Assembly (NCBI GenBank): GCA_963827165.1
Contig: CAWGZR010000009.1
Span: 224,001 to 288,000, forward strand
Source of the DNA: Candidatus Bathyarchaeota archaeon
Lineage (GTDB): Archaea > Thermoproteota > Bathyarchaeia > Bathyarchaeales > Bathycorpusculaceae
DNA length: 64,000 nt
Reading direction: 5' to 3'
Part shown: positions 10,026 through 20,692 of the stretch, one piece after another
Numbering within the stretch: position 1 is the first letter of the stretch
Layout of the letters: each line of letters begins with the position of its first letter
Position numbers and translations under genes: made by a program
The notes under the pieces: generated by a model
What the model was told of the DNA's origin: nothing
The model's input: only the letters and a program-made list of their open reading frames with translations
Database searches by the model: none

Positions 10026-11054
10026 ATGGAAAAGGCTAAGAGACCACTTGAGCAAAAGGTAATTCTTGCAGTTCTGGTTTTGGGCTTAATAGCCTTCGTA
10101 CTCTACTTCGTTCTGTATATTAACCCTGAACAAGTTGCCAAGATTCTGTCAAAAACAAACTTGGTTTATTATGCCTGGGCATTCGTCGCTTACACAACCT
10201 ACGCCCTCTTCTCTTCACTGGTATGGCGAAGTCTGCTTAGCAGCCTATCCGTGAAAATTACCACACGAAAAGCTCTGCTCTTCACATGGGTCGGCTTATT
10301 TTTCGACGCCACTCTTCCGCAGCTCGGATGGTCAGCTGAAATCTCGAAAACTTACCTGCTAACCAAAGACTCAAGCCTCAGCGCAGGAAAAATCGGCGCC
10401 TCAGTCGTCAGTCAAAAAATCTTCAACATGGCAATAACAGTTGTCGCGATGTCTCTTGGTTTAGGCCTAGTGCTTGTTGGGTACCCTTTGCCTTTTCTAG
10501 TTACTTTTCTGATTTCCTTCGTCTTGGGTCTATTAATTTTGACTTTAGGCGTAGTATATTTCATTAGCGTTAAGCCGGCGGCCACCAAAACCCTGTTAAA
10601 CTGGGCGGTACGTGTGATTTCGTTTTTCCGAAAAACTTGGAACCCCCAAGGTTTCAGACAAAAAGCGGAGGGACTTCTCGATACGTTCCATGTTGGGATG
10701 CAGCATTTGAGGCAAAACTCGAAAACGTTGGTTAAACCCATTGTTTATTCGGTCATGAGCTTTGTTTTTGAAATCTCTGTTACTTTCATCACTTTTGTGG
10801 CTTTGGGTTACCCAGTACCCGTAGACAAAGTGCTCATTGTATTCACTTTGACGGGCACGCTGCAAACAATCGGTGTTACCTTCTTTGGCTTTCCTGAATT
10901 AATAATGAGCATCTCGTTCACTGCGCTGGGGATCCCTGCGGCTCTGAGCGTTTCAGTTACGCTGCTAACGAGGGTTGTGAGCTTGTGGTTCCGACTTGTC
11001 GTCTCTTATTCCGCGTTGCAGTGGGCGGGAATAAAAATTATGTTTAACAAGTAA
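10026..11054 (+). CDS. Lysylphosphatidylglycerol-synthase TM / UPF0104 flippase-like membrane protein
   Basis: About 8 TM helices; W..LL, FF...P...AE..K.YLL and LL.R....W patterns. Confidence 0.8.
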   Translation: MEKAKRPLEQKVILAVLVLGLIAFVLYFVLYINPEQVAKILSKTNLVYYAWAFVAYTTYALFSSLVWRSLLSSLSVKITTRKALLFTWVGLFFDATLPQLGWSAEISKTYLLTKDSSLSAGKIGASVVSQKIFNMAITVVAMSLGLGLVLVGYPLPFLVTFLISFVLGLLILTLGVVYFISVKPAATKTLLNWAVRVISFFRKTWNPQGFRQKAEGLLDTFHVGMQHLRQNSKTLVKPIVYSVMSFVFEISVTFITFVALGYPVPVDKVLIVFTLTGTLQTIGVTFFGFPELIMSISFTALGIPAALSVSVTLLTRVVSLWFRLVVSYSALQWAGIKIMFNK

Positions 11055-11150
11055 ACGTTTTTTTTTGGTGGTTAGCGAATGTTGCCTTGGCTGTCGGCTA
11101 GGAAACTTTTTAATGCAGCCTAAACTAATCAGTTATTAGGACAGATTGAT

Positions 11151-11387
11151 ATGCCAACAGCCTTTGTACTGATAAACACTGAAATTGGTTCAGAATCAGA
11201 CGTTTTGAAAGAATTAAAGAAAGTCGAAGGGGTAGAGGAAGCATCAGCCGTTTACGGAGTCTATGACATCGTTGCAAGAGTCAAAGCGGATACGATGGAC
11301 AGGCTGAAAGAACTGGTGACATGGCGCATCCGCCGCCTAGACAAGGTACGCTCAACATTGACAATGATTGTTGTCGAAGAAAAGTAA
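11151..11387 (+). CDS. Stand-alone Lrp/AsnC ligand-binding domain protein
   Basis: MPTAFVLINTEIG...VYGVYDIVARV...RSTLTMIV. Confidence 0.93.
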   Translation: MPTAFVLINTEIGSESDVLKELKKVEGVEEASAVYGVYDIVARVKADTMDRLKELVTWRIRRLDKVRSTLTMIVVEEK

Positions 11388-11488
11388 GCTTTTTTGACTC
11401 CTTTTCTTTCAAGTAAAAATAGGAAGTTTTTTTGTTATTTTTAGCATGCAAATAGGGTTAAACCTTAATGCAGATTCTGAGTGATTTG

Positions 11489-11593
11489 ATGAAAATAAAA
11501 GGAGAGTTCAAATGTCCTTGGTGTGGAAACGGTTTTCAAAACGGGAAAGACTTAGACACTCATGCAAGGGGACACTACCCAAACCCAATTTAG
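11489..11593 (+). CDS. C2H2 zinc-finger microprotein (34 aa; below ORF-track cutoff)
   Basis: Manual translation MKIKGEFKCPWCGNGFQNGKDLDTHARGHYPNPI*, matching F-x-C-x2-C-x3-F-x5-L-x2-H-x3-H. Alternative in-frame ATG at 11468. Confidence 0.8.
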   Translation: MKIKGEFKCPWCGNGFQNGKDLDTHARGHYPNPI

Positions 11594-11943
11594 CCTCAGA
11601 ATACAAGTGTGGGGCTCGTTAAGACTTGCTCCTGTCGTGGCCAAGTTGTGATTGAGTAAATACAGTCACATAATTTTAAATTTTTTACAATTGATTAAAC
11701 ACTCTGTGCATCAGAAAACAGTAAGCGAGAGAATGAATATGCTGAAAATCGACAACAATTCAGAGAGCAACCACGACCTGAAGACGAAAAATCTCATTTT
11801 TGGCGGATGCACTGAACTTTTTATCGGTTTGGCGGAAGAGATCTGGGTTAAAACCATCGTTTTTGTCGTTCCCATTGATGGTGGAGTAGCAACCAATCTC
11901 TGAAACCAACCATTTTAAAAATCTATGGAGTTTGTAAGAAAAA

Positions 11944-12243
11944 ATGCCAACAGCTTACGTACTTTTGAACACCGAAATTGGCGCGGAAAGCCAAGTTTTA
12001 AAGGATCTGAAAAAAATTGAAGGCGTTGAGGAAGCGCATAATCTCTGGGGAGTATACGACATAATCGCGAATATCAAGGCAGAGAGCATGGAAATGCTGC
12101 GGTACATAATATCCAAAAAAATCGGCCAAATCGGAAGAATCAACTCTAAGCTAACTATGATAATAACGGATAAACCCCAATTGTCACACGAGCAACAAGT
12201 GTTTTTTGAGCAGAACCCCGTGGAAACCGCTTTCATCCTTTGA
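11944..12243 (+). CDS. Stand-alone Lrp/AsnC ligand-binding domain protein with short C-terminal tail
   Basis: MPTAYVLLNTEIG...WGVYDIIA; paralogue of the two upstream copies. Confidence 0.9.
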   Translation: MPTAYVLLNTEIGAESQVLKDLKKIEGVEEAHNLWGVYDIIANIKAESMEMLRYIISKKIGQIGRINSKLTMIITDKPQLSHEQQVFFEQNPVETAFIL

Positions 12244-12326
12244 TCGTTCCAACCCAATTTTTCGGGTTAAGCAACATTTTTTTAACCTTACAGTTTATTC
12301 TCTACTTGAGCTTGGAGAATCGCTGC

Positions 12327-13670
12327 TTGACTACGGAACAGGTAATGCACGTTGGGTTGGACGACACAGACTCAACCAAAGGTGGGTGCACCACTTATCT
12401 CGCAGCGCTACTCGTTGAAAAACTCATCCATTTTCGAGTTGAATTCATCGATTACCCTCTCTTAATCAGGCTTAACCCGAACGTTCCGTGGAAAACACGA
12501 GGCAACGGCGCCCTATGCTTAAGGTTCAATCATCCAGCCGCTTTGGAGCAAGAAATAAAAGAAACCGCTTTGGAGCTGTGGGAAAAAAACAGCGCCATCA
12601 AAGAAAAGGGTACAGATCCGGGCATAGTGTTTTTCAGTGGCAAAGAAATCCCTTTGGAGTTAACGGCTTTTTCAAAAAGGGCCGAAACGAGCATTGTCAC
12701 GCTTAAGGAAGCGTTGGCGCTTACCAAAGAGCTTGGCGGGGAAGCATGCGGGTTCAACTCTTGTCGAGGGATCATCGGCGCTTTAGCGGCAATCGGCGAA
12801 ACCCTGAGCTGCGACCACACTTACGAGTTGATCGCTTACAGAACTCCGCAGAAGTGGGGAACAAAGCGGCAGGTCGACCCGGCGTCAATTTTTGAAATGG
12901 ACAAGAAACTGGCACCCTGCACCTTTAACAACGTGGACGAAGAAAAACGCAGAGTCATCATTACTCCGCGTGGTCCAGACCCGATTCTCTTCGGCATCAG
13001 AGGCGAAACACCCGAAGTAGTGAAGGAAGCCTACGGGTTGGTTAAACCGCTTGAACCCGTTGAACGATGGGTTATCTTCCGCTCGAACCAAGGCACTGAC
13101 GCACACATGATCCGCACCCCGACGCTTGGCAGCATCAAACCATACAGCTCCATAATCACCAGAGGAAACGTATCCCAGAACCCGCGCATCGTTCCTCTTC
13201 GCCACGTTATTTTTTCAATACGAGACGATATGGCAGAGGTGGATTGCGCTGCTTACGAGCCAACAGGCGACCTCAGAAAAATTGCTCGAGGACTGATAGC
13301 TGGCGACTGCGTTGAAGTCTACGGTGCTGCGCATAAAGCGACGAAGAACAAGCCATTGACAATCAACCTTGAAAAAATCCGCATCCTCAGCCTTGCATCA
13401 AAGACGCGATCGGAGAATCCAGTTTGCCCAGATTGCGAGAAACATTTAAAGTCGATGGGGAAGAATCAAGGGCTCCGCTGTGAAAAATGCGGCAAGAAAT
13501 TTGCGGGTTTGAAGAAGAAGGAACTGGTGGTTCCCAGGGCGCTTGAGGTTGGGTTGTATGTGACTTCGACAAGGTCTCAGAGGCATCTTACTAAACCGCT
13601 TCGGCGCTACGGGCAGGAAAAGGATGGCACTGAGAAGGTTCGTCTGATCGGAGAGTGGCACTATCCCTGA
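12327..13670 (+). CDS. tiaS: tRNA(Ile2) 2-agmatinylcytidine synthetase
   Basis: HVGLDDTDS..GGCTTY, RLNPNVPWKTRGNGA, DPILFGIRG, NQGTDAH, OB fold and C-terminal Zn ribbon. Start estimated at TTG 12327 (alternative ATG 12345). Confidence 0.96.
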   Translation: MTTEQVMHVGLDDTDSTKGGCTTYLAALLVEKLIHFRVEFIDYPLLIRLNPNVPWKTRGNGALCLRFNHPAALEQEIKETALELWEKNSAIKEKGTDPGIVFFSGKEIPLELTAFSKRAETSIVTLKEALALTKELGGEACGFNSCRGIIGALAAIGETLSCDHTYELIAYRTPQKWGTKRQVDPASIFEMDKKLAPCTFNNVDEEKRRVIITPRGPDPILFGIRGETPEVVKEAYGLVKPLEPVERWVIFRSNQGTDAHMIRTPTLGSIKPYSSIITRGNVSQNPRIVPLRHVIFSIRDDMAEVDCAAYEPTGDLRKIARGLIAGDCVEVYGAAHKATKNKPLTINLEKIRILSLASKTRSENPVCPDCEKHLKSMGKNQGLRCEKCGKKFAGLKKKELVVPRALEVGLYVTSTRSQRHLTKPLRRYGQEKDGTEKVRLIGEWHYP

Positions 13671-14062
13671 AGGGTATTGTTTTAAAGATCGCAATAAACA
13701 CGCAATTCTGACTGAAACGCGTTGGCAAGAAGATTAGGGGGCTCTCGGATGAGGGAATCATCATTTTTCTTCGGGGCATTGGAGATCATACTTGCCGGCT
13801 CAGCGCGCCAACCCCGCATTTCGATGTTCCGCACTAATCTCGAAGACAACAAAGAGAAAAGTTTAGGAATAGCAATTTGCTCCCCGGGGTCTTTACAATG
13901 TTGACGCGTAAACGGTCGAGATAAGGCAACATGATGTTTCTTCTAAAATATCCTTTTTTCTTCAGCCATGAACCAGAAGCTTTCTTTGAAATCATTTAAA
14001 TCAGTGAAATCCATAAACCCTCTCCAACAACAAACAATGTTACGGAAAAAAGGCGAAGGTCT

Positions 14063-16870
14063 ATGGTTGAGAAAACGTTTCCCGCAGAAGCATACCAACT
14101 CCCATTCTTCAGACAGGAAGGATTCGTGAGAAAACACTGCCCAAAATGCGGCGAATGGTACTGGACACAGAACGAAGCACAGGAAACCTGTGGCGAATCC
14201 AGCTCTGACGAATGCGGATTCTACACATTCATCAATAACCCAGCTACAAAAAAAAGCTTCACGCTGCCTGAGATGCGAGAAGCATTCCTAAGCTTCTTCG
14301 AAAAAAACGGTCACACACGCATCAAGCCATACCCCGTTGTCGCCCGCTGGCGCAAAGACATCTACCTAACCCACGCGAGCATCATTGACTTTCAACCATA
14401 CGTAACCGAAGGCATCGCGCCTCCACCAGCTAACCCACTGGTGATTTCCCAACCATCAATCAGATTAACAGACATTTCAAACACGGGTCCAACGTTTGGA
14501 AGGCACCTCACCATTTTCGAGATGGGCGGCGCCCACGCTTTCAACTATCCAAACAAAGAAGTGTACTGGAAAAACGAAACCGTCCAGTTCCACCACCGCT
14601 TCGCCACCGAGGCATTGGGCATAAAATCCGAGGAAGTAATCTATAAGGAAGGCGTCTGGGTCGGCGGAGGCAACGCGGGTCCAGACGTGGAATGCATAGT
14701 CAGAGGATTAGAAGTTGGCACTTTGGTTTTCATGCAGTACAAAGTTGTCGGCGACGAATTTGTCGAGTTGCCAATCCGCACAGTGGATACGGGATATGGT
14801 ATTGACCGTTTCGCATGGATAAGTCAAGGGGTTCCAAGCGCCTTCCAAGCTATTTACGGCAAAATGCTCGACAAAATCTACGCCCTGGCAGGACTAACCA
14901 ACGTCGACGACGACTTTTTAGCCAAAGTAGGCAAGTATTCGGGACTCGTCAGCGTAGACAAAACCGCGAACAGGATGGTTACACGCAGGCGAGTAGCCGA
15001 ACTCTCAGGCATCGACCTCAATACCTTAGAGACAGTTCTTGTACCCATCGAGAACGCTTGGGCAATAACAGACCACACTAAAACCCTTTGCTTTATGCTA
15101 AGCGAAGGTGTCGTCCCATCAAACATCCAAGAAGGCTATCTGGCAAGGCTGCTGTTCCGTCGCGTCTATCGTCTGTTGCGAACCTTAAACATGGCGCCAG
15201 ATAGACTCTACGACATCTTGGATATGCAGGTTGATTTATGGGCGAAAGATTTCCCGCAAATCAAAGAAATGCAGAAAGAAATCGTCGAAATGCTCAAGGT
15301 TGAAGAGGAAAAATTCGAGGAAACCCTGCTGCGGGGCGAGGGCATGGTTAAACGCATAAGTGCCGACCTGAAAGCAAAAGGCACATCTGAAATCCCCAAC
15401 AGCACACTAACGGAGCTTTATGATTCACATGGGCTACCGCCTGAAATCGTCAAACAAGCAGCGGAAAAAGAAGGCGTACAAGTCGAGGTACCTGAAAACT
15501 TCTACACTCTAATCGCTAACCGCCATATGCAAGCATCCAAACCGATGGAGGAAGAAGAGGCTCAAACGGAGAAAGTTCTGCAGAAAACAGCCGAACGGTT
15601 ACCGGCGACCGAACCGCTATATTACGCGGACACTTACATGCGTGAATTCGACGCCAAAGTCATCAAAATAATCAACGGCGACAACATCGTACTAGAGCAG
15701 ACCTGCTTCTACCCGGAAGGCGGAGGCCAACCCGCAGACCACGGGTGGATAACTGAAGGCAACACGAAATACGACTTGGTTGATACCCAGAAAATCGGCA
15801 AAGTCATCGTGCACAAACTCGGTGCGGCGGCAACGTTCCAAGAAGGAAGCATCGTGCACGGGATCCTCGACTGGGACAGGCGTTATTCATTGATGAAGGC
15901 GCACACAGTAACGCATCTCATTAACGGCGCGGCGCGAAGGGTTCTTGGGGAACACGTTTGGCAATCCGGAACCCAGAAAGGCTTAGAAACTTCACGTCTC
16001 GACATCACCCACTACCGAAGACTAACACCTGACGAAATACAAAAAATCGAGCAACTGGCAAACCAAGCGATAGCCGCCGACATGAAAGTAACTACAACAT
16101 GGTTCCCAAGAAATGAGGCAGAAACACGTTACGGATTTAGGCTCTATCAAGGGGGCGCCGTCCCAGGCAAGGACATACGGGTCGTCAAGACAGGCGATTG
16201 GGATGTGGAAGCCTGCGCTGGAACCCACCTGCGAAGTACACTAGAAGTTGCGTATGTAAAGATCGTTTACACCGAACGCGTGCAGGACGGGGTTGAACGT
16301 TTAGGATATGCCGTCGGATTTGAAGCAGTAAAAGCCGTGCAGAAACAAGAAACCCAGCTCTGGAAAGTTTCAGAGTTACTTTCAGCTCCTGTCGACAAAC
16401 TGGACAAAACGGCTGAAAAACTCGTCAAAGAACTCAAAGAAGCCAACCTTGAGAAACGCAAATTAATCAAAGAACTCGCTGCAAAAGAAAGCGAGGTTGG
16501 GCAGGCTCAATCGGCTGAAGCAACAACAGAAGTAAATGGGGTCACTATTGTCAAGCGAAACTTCGGAGACGTCATCGACGTTGACCGCATGGTGCAAACC
16601 GCTACAGAAATAATAAAACGCAACACGGCAGCCATCACGCTCTTTTACGGTTCAGACGGGAAAACATGCAGGCTCATGGTCATGGCGGGCAACACAGCAG
16701 TTCAGAAAGGCATCAACGCAGGCAACGTCGTGAAGGAATCAGCTCCGATTTTCGGCGGTGGAGGCGGCGGCAAACCAAACTTCGCCCAAGGCGGCGGAAC
16801 AAAAACAGACAGGTTGGTAGACGCACTAAAAGCAGCCGAAGAAACCATAATAAAACAACTCAGCCAATAA
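14063..16870 (+). CDS. alaS: Alanine--tRNA ligase (archaeal type)
   Basis: YPVVARWR, DFQPYV, VDTGYG, FYPEGGGQ, editing HxxxH...CAGTH, GGGGGK..FAQGGG. Confidence 0.98.
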   Translation: MVEKTFPAEAYQLPFFRQEGFVRKHCPKCGEWYWTQNEAQETCGESSSDECGFYTFINNPATKKSFTLPEMREAFLSFFEKNGHTRIKPYPVVARWRKDIYLTHASIIDFQPYVTEGIAPPPANPLVISQPSIRLTDISNTGPTFGRHLTIFEMGGAHAFNYPNKEVYWKNETVQFHHRFATEALGIKSEEVIYKEGVWVGGGNAGPDVECIVRGLEVGTLVFMQYKVVGDEFVELPIRTVDTGYGIDRFAWISQGVPSAFQAIYGKMLDKIYALAGLTNVDDDFLAKVGKYSGLVSVDKTANRMVTRRRVAELSGIDLNTLETVLVPIENAWAITDHTKTLCFMLSEGVVPSNIQEGYLARLLFRRVYRLLRTLNMAPDRLYDILDMQVDLWAKDFPQIKEMQKEIVEMLKVEEEKFEETLLRGEGMVKRISADLKAKGTSEIPNSTLTELYDSHGLPPEIVKQAAEKEGVQVEVPENFYTLIANRHMQASKPMEEEEAQTEKVLQKTAERLPATEPLYYADTYMREFDAKVIKIINGDNIVLEQTCFYPEGGGQPADHGWITEGNTKYDLVDTQKIGKVIVHKLGAAATFQEGSIVHGILDWDRRYSLMKAHTVTHLINGAARRVLGEHVWQSGTQKGLETSRLDITHYRRLTPDEIQKIEQLANQAIAADMKVTTTWFPRNEAETRYGFRLYQGGAVPGKDIRVVKTGDWDVEACAGTHLRSTLEVAYVKIVYTERVQDGVERLGYAVGFEAVKAVQKQETQLWKVSELLSAPVDKLDKTAEKLVKELKEANLEKRKLIKELAAKESEVGQAQSAEATTEVNGVTIVKRNFGDVIDVDRMVQTATEIIKRNTAAITLFYGSDGKTCRLMVMAGNTAVQKGINAGNVVKESAPIFGGGGGGKPNFAQGGGTKTDRLVDALKAAEETIIKQLSQ

Positions 16871-17204
16871 CAACCTCTTTTTTCACAATGTTGTTGTATG
16901 GCTACAATCACATCAATATTTATGAGTCAACAGGGCTTATGTATGAAATAACGAAAGAGATCAACTTAAAGGCAGGCGGATTGATTCTCCCCTCTCTCTT
17001 CCTGAATTTTTACGCTTGCCTTTAGGTTATCTCTCTTCCTTTTAACCCGCATAATTTTCTATATTTTAATCGCGTAAAAATATGATGGCATCATATCGCT
17101 CGGTTGCTTCCATTGGTTTGTCTATTTTTTTCCGGGTTTTCAGCCCGTTTCATATTTTTTCGCAAAACTTGAACCGAAACAGGCGCCCACTGATTTTGAG
17201 ATAA

Positions 17205-17496
17205 ATGAACAATAAACTGGGTTGCTATAGTTGTTGTGGTTATCGTGGCGGTATCGGTCAACTTGGCGTATGCGCAGAAAAACGGCTATTTTCTGAACAT
17301 AACTAATTCAAACCCTAACGTTAACACCGCCATAAACAATAGCCCGGTGGTCGAGAATGTCACATCAACCACTGGCACCTTGAACCTGCAAATCAACGCC
17401 GACAATATTAGTTCGGTAACGATCAGCGGCATAAGCCAGCTGTCCCAGGACCTGAGTACCTGCCTTACATCAGTCATAATCAACTTTTACTTATGA
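17205..17496 (+). pseudogene. Frameshifted or truncated small secreted protein
   Basis: Removing one G from GGG (17219-17221) joins ATG 17205 to the 17236 ORF, giving the signal peptide MNNKLVAIVVVVIVAVSVNLAYAQ. Confidence 0.5.
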
Positions 17497-17667
17497 GAAT
17501 GGAGTCGCCAACTGTAATAGGGAAATTTCGGCAATAGACTAAAGACGCAGAATTTGGTTTGTCCATGTATTTTTGCTTTGTTGGCAGCATAATCCTTAAA
17601 AGGAAGTCTATACACACATGTGCTCTAGGTGAAGCGGTGCAAATGAGCACACCAGCAGGTGAATAAT

Positions 17668-18072
17668 ATGCGCAGAAGTTTAACTGTAACCCCTGAAAAC
17701 GACAAGAGAATATTGCTTGCAAAAGGGCGTTTCCTAACAGGAGACTCACCCTTCGACATTGACTACACCACAATGGTCAACATATTCATAGAGCTAGGCC
17801 ACAAACTGATGTCGCAAGCATGGACAAACAACGAAAACTCAAACGTAGTCATCAACAAAAGCGAAATAACTGAATCTTTCAAAAAGCATTTCTTCGATGC
17901 CGAACTCAAAGAAGAAGCCGTCGGAGATCAAGTCGCAGAAATAATATTTCGAAAACTGGTAGAACAATCCAGCATCGCGGGGTGCAGCCCGATCCAGAAA
18001 GAACAAACCCCCGAGTTGCCTGCAGAGCAACCAAAGGCTAAAGAGACAAAAAGAGAAAAATACATCGCCTAA
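17668..18072 (+). CDS. Hypothetical protein leading the grpE-dnaK-dnaJ cluster; possible ribbon-helix-helix regulator
   Basis: GGTGA RBS before ATG 17668; N-terminus MRRSLTVTPENDKRILL...YTTMVNIFIELG has a beta-helix-helix pattern; 29 bp upstream of grpE. Confidence 0.7.
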   Translation: MRRSLTVTPENDKRILLAKGRFLTGDSPFDIDYTTMVNIFIELGHKLMSQAWTNNENSNVVINKSEITESFKKHFFDAELKEEAVGDQVAEIIFRKLVEQSSIAGCSPIQKEQTPELPAEQPKAKETKREKYIA

Positions 18073-18101
18073 ACTAGAACAATAAGAGGGTCAAACAAAA
18101 A

Positions 18102-18635
18102 ATGGTCGATGACAATCAGCCAGAATCCCCCGATTTTGGGGACCAACTCGAATGCGAAAAAAAACGTTCCGAAGACTACCTAACCCGGCTACGTTACATG
18201 CAGGCGGATCTTGAAAACTTCAAGAAACGCTCAGAACGAGAGTCAGAACAAATCAAAAACTTCTGCACCGAACGTCTAGTAATTGGACTCTTGGACATAG
18301 TGGATGAATTGGAGTTAGCGGTCAAAAACGGAGAAATCTCAACCTCGCCAGAAGTGTTACTTGAAGGCGTCGAAATGACGCTAAAGAAGCTCAGAAAAGT
18401 TCTTGAGCAAGAAGGCGTTTCTCCAATTGAGAATACCGAAGGCAAAATTTTTGACCCCTCCAAACATAATGCGGTACTCGCCGTCGAAAAAGGCGATGTC
18501 GCCGAGGGTACGATCCTTGAGGAAATAAGAAAAGGCTACATGATGAAGGGCAAAGTCATCAGACCCACCATCGTCAAAGTGGCCGTTAAACCAAAAAACA
18601 ATCAAAGTAATCAAACGGAGGAAAAAACAAATTGA
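18102..18635 (+). CDS. grpE: Nucleotide exchange factor GrpE
   Basis: [33 protein letters not shown]. Confidence 0.97.
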   Translation: MVDDNQPESPDFGDQLECEKKRSEDYLTRLRYMQADLENFKKRSERESEQIKNFCTERLVIGLLDIVDELELAVKNGEISTSPEVLLEGVEMTLKKLRKVLEQEGVSPIENTEGKIFDPSKHNAVLAVEKGDVAEGTILEEIRKGYMMKGKVIRPTIVKVAVKPKNNQSNQTEEKTN

Positions 18636-20551
18636 GCAACCAAAAAACAAATGAAAAAGTATTAGGAATCGATTTGGGAACAACCAATTCAGCAGCCGCC
18701 ATCTACGAAGGCGGACACGCCACTGTTATTCCAAGCGCGGAAGGCCCAACAATGGCTGGAAAAATGTTCCCTTCAGTCGTAGCCTTCACTAAAGACGGAC
18801 AACTTTTGGTAGGTGAACCAGCAAAAAGACAAGCAGCCACCAACCCGGAAGGAACAATTTTTGAAATAAAACGCAAAATGGGGACAGACTACAAAGTCAG
18901 CGTTTATGGCAAAGAGTATAGTCCACAGCAAATCTCAGCGTTCATACTTCAGAAAATCAAGAAAGACGCCGAAACATATCTTGGTGGAACCATGCGCAAC
19001 GCAGTCATCACCGTCCCAGCCCACTTTAACGACAACCAACGCCAAGCGACCAAAGACGCAGGAGAAATCGCAGGATTCCAAGTAATGCGAATAATCAATG
19101 AACCCACCGCCGCATGCCTCGCATACGGCATCGACAAGGTTCAACAGGAAATGAAGATCCTTGTCTTCAGCTTCGGCGGCGGCACCCACGACGTCACTGT
19201 CATGGATTTCGGCAAAGGAGTTTTCCAAGTGCTCAGCACAAGCGGTGACACACAGCTCGGCGGAACAGACGTTGACAAAGCAGTCATGGATTATATCTTA
19301 GGCGAGTTCAAACGCCAAACAGGCATAGACATCTCAACCGATAGAATGGCAATGCCAAGGCTCAAAGACGCGGCAGAAAAAGCCAAAATTGAGCTCTCCG
19401 CCCTAATGAGCACCGACATCGACTTGCCATTTCTAACCGCAGACGCTTCAGGGCCCAAGCACCTTCACCTAACATTAACACGCACCAAACTTGAATCCTT
19501 AGCACAGCCAATCGTGCAGCGAACCCAGCCAACCCTTCTAAAAGCCCTCGAAGATGCAAAATTAAATCCACAGCAAATCGACAAAATCATTCTCATCGGC
19601 GGCATGACTAGAATGCCACTTGTGCAACGATTCGTCGAACAAATCCTAGGCAAATCACCCGAGCGAGGGATTGATCCGATGGAAAGTGTTGCCATAGGCG
19701 CGGCAATCCAAGCAGCAGTAGTTACCGGCGAAGTCACAGACCTACTCTTACTCGACGTCACGCCCTTAAGCCTTGGCGTTGAAACTATGGGAGGCGTATT
19801 AACCAAGGTTATGGACAAGAACACCACAATTCCCACTAAACGCAGCCAAATATTCACAACAGCCGCGGACTTCCAAACTGCAGTAACTATCCACGTGCTC
19901 CAAGGCGAAAGAGCAATGGCAGGAGACAATGTCTCACTAGGCATGTTTAACCTCGTAGATTTGCCGCCGGCACCGCGAGGAGTTCCTCAGATCGAGGTAA
20001 CCTTCGACATCGACGCAAACGGAATACTAAACGTAACCGCCAAAGACTTGGGTACAGGAAAACAATCAAAAATAACTATAACAGCAGCTACCAAACTGTC
20101 CAAAGAAGAAAAAGAACGTCTAATCAAAGACGCCGACCAATACGCCGAACAAGACAAAAAGAAACGGGAAGAAGCTGAGCTGCGCAACACCGCTGATAGC
20201 TTAGTTTACACGGCAGAGCGAACAAAGACTGATTTGGCAGGCAAAATCACTTCAGAAGAAACAAGCAAAATAGACGCCGCCGTTACTGAACTCAAAAACG
20301 CCTTAGCGAGCAACGATATGTCGCAGGTAAAAGCAAAATCCGATGCACTCCAGAAGGTTCTGCAGGATGTCGGAACAAAAGTTTACCAGCAAGCATCGCA
20401 AGAATATGCGAAACAGCAAGGACAACAACCAGGGCAAGCGCCGCCTGGAGGAGCAGGACCGCAAATGCCGCCAACTGGTTCTGAAGGACCAGAACCCGAA
20501 GGTTCAAGCGAAGAAAAAGTCGTTGACTCGGAAGACTACAAAGTAAAGTAG
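18632..20551 (+). CDS. dnaK: Chaperone DnaK (Hsp70)
   Basis: [60 protein letters not shown]. Confidence 0.99.
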   Translation: MSNQKTNEKVLGIDLGTTNSAAAIYEGGHATVIPSAEGPTMAGKMFPSVVAFTKDGQLLVGEPAKRQAATNPEGTIFEIKRKMGTDYKVSVYGKEYSPQQISAFILQKIKKDAETYLGGTMRNAVITVPAHFNDNQRQATKDAGEIAGFQVMRIINEPTAACLAYGIDKVQQEMKILVFSFGGGTHDVTVMDFGKGVFQVLSTSGDTQLGGTDVDKAVMDYILGEFKRQTGIDISTDRMAMPRLKDAAEKAKIELSALMSTDIDLPFLTADASGPKHLHLTLTRTKLESLAQPIVQRTQPTLLKALEDAKLNPQQIDKIILIGGMTRMPLVQRFVEQILGKSPERGIDPMESVAIGAAIQAAVVTGEVTDLLLLDVTPLSLGVETMGGVLTKVMDKNTTIPTKRSQIFTTAADFQTAVTIHVLQGERAMAGDNVSLGMFNLVDLPPAPRGVPQIEVTFDIDANGILNVTAKDLGTGKQSKITITAATKLSKEEKERLIKDADQYAEQDKKKREEAELRNTADSLVYTAERTKTDLAGKITSEETSKIDAAVTELKNALASNDMSQVKAKSDALQKVLQDVGTKVYQQASQEYAKQQGQQPGQAPPGGAGPQMPPTGSEGPEPEGSSEEKVVDSEDYKVK

Positions 20552-20692
20552 TCAACTCCCAACTTTCTTTTTTACCACTTTTTTACGCTTCCGTCTACCA
20601 AAAAACAGAATTAAAGAAGGGAAATGGTATAAATCCCAGTCAAGTGCTATAGACAAACTCAAGAAAAATATTGATTTAGCGGTAAATGGCTG

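Noticed and set aside
11563-11607. Weak resemblance to the conserved element motif
   Set aside because: Needs gaps to align and mostly lies within the C2H2 microprotein ORF.
17619-17651. CIRCE element before the dnaK operon
   Set aside because: Sequence and 19-bp spacer do not match TTAGCACTC-N9-GAGTGCTAA, and no hrcA is present.
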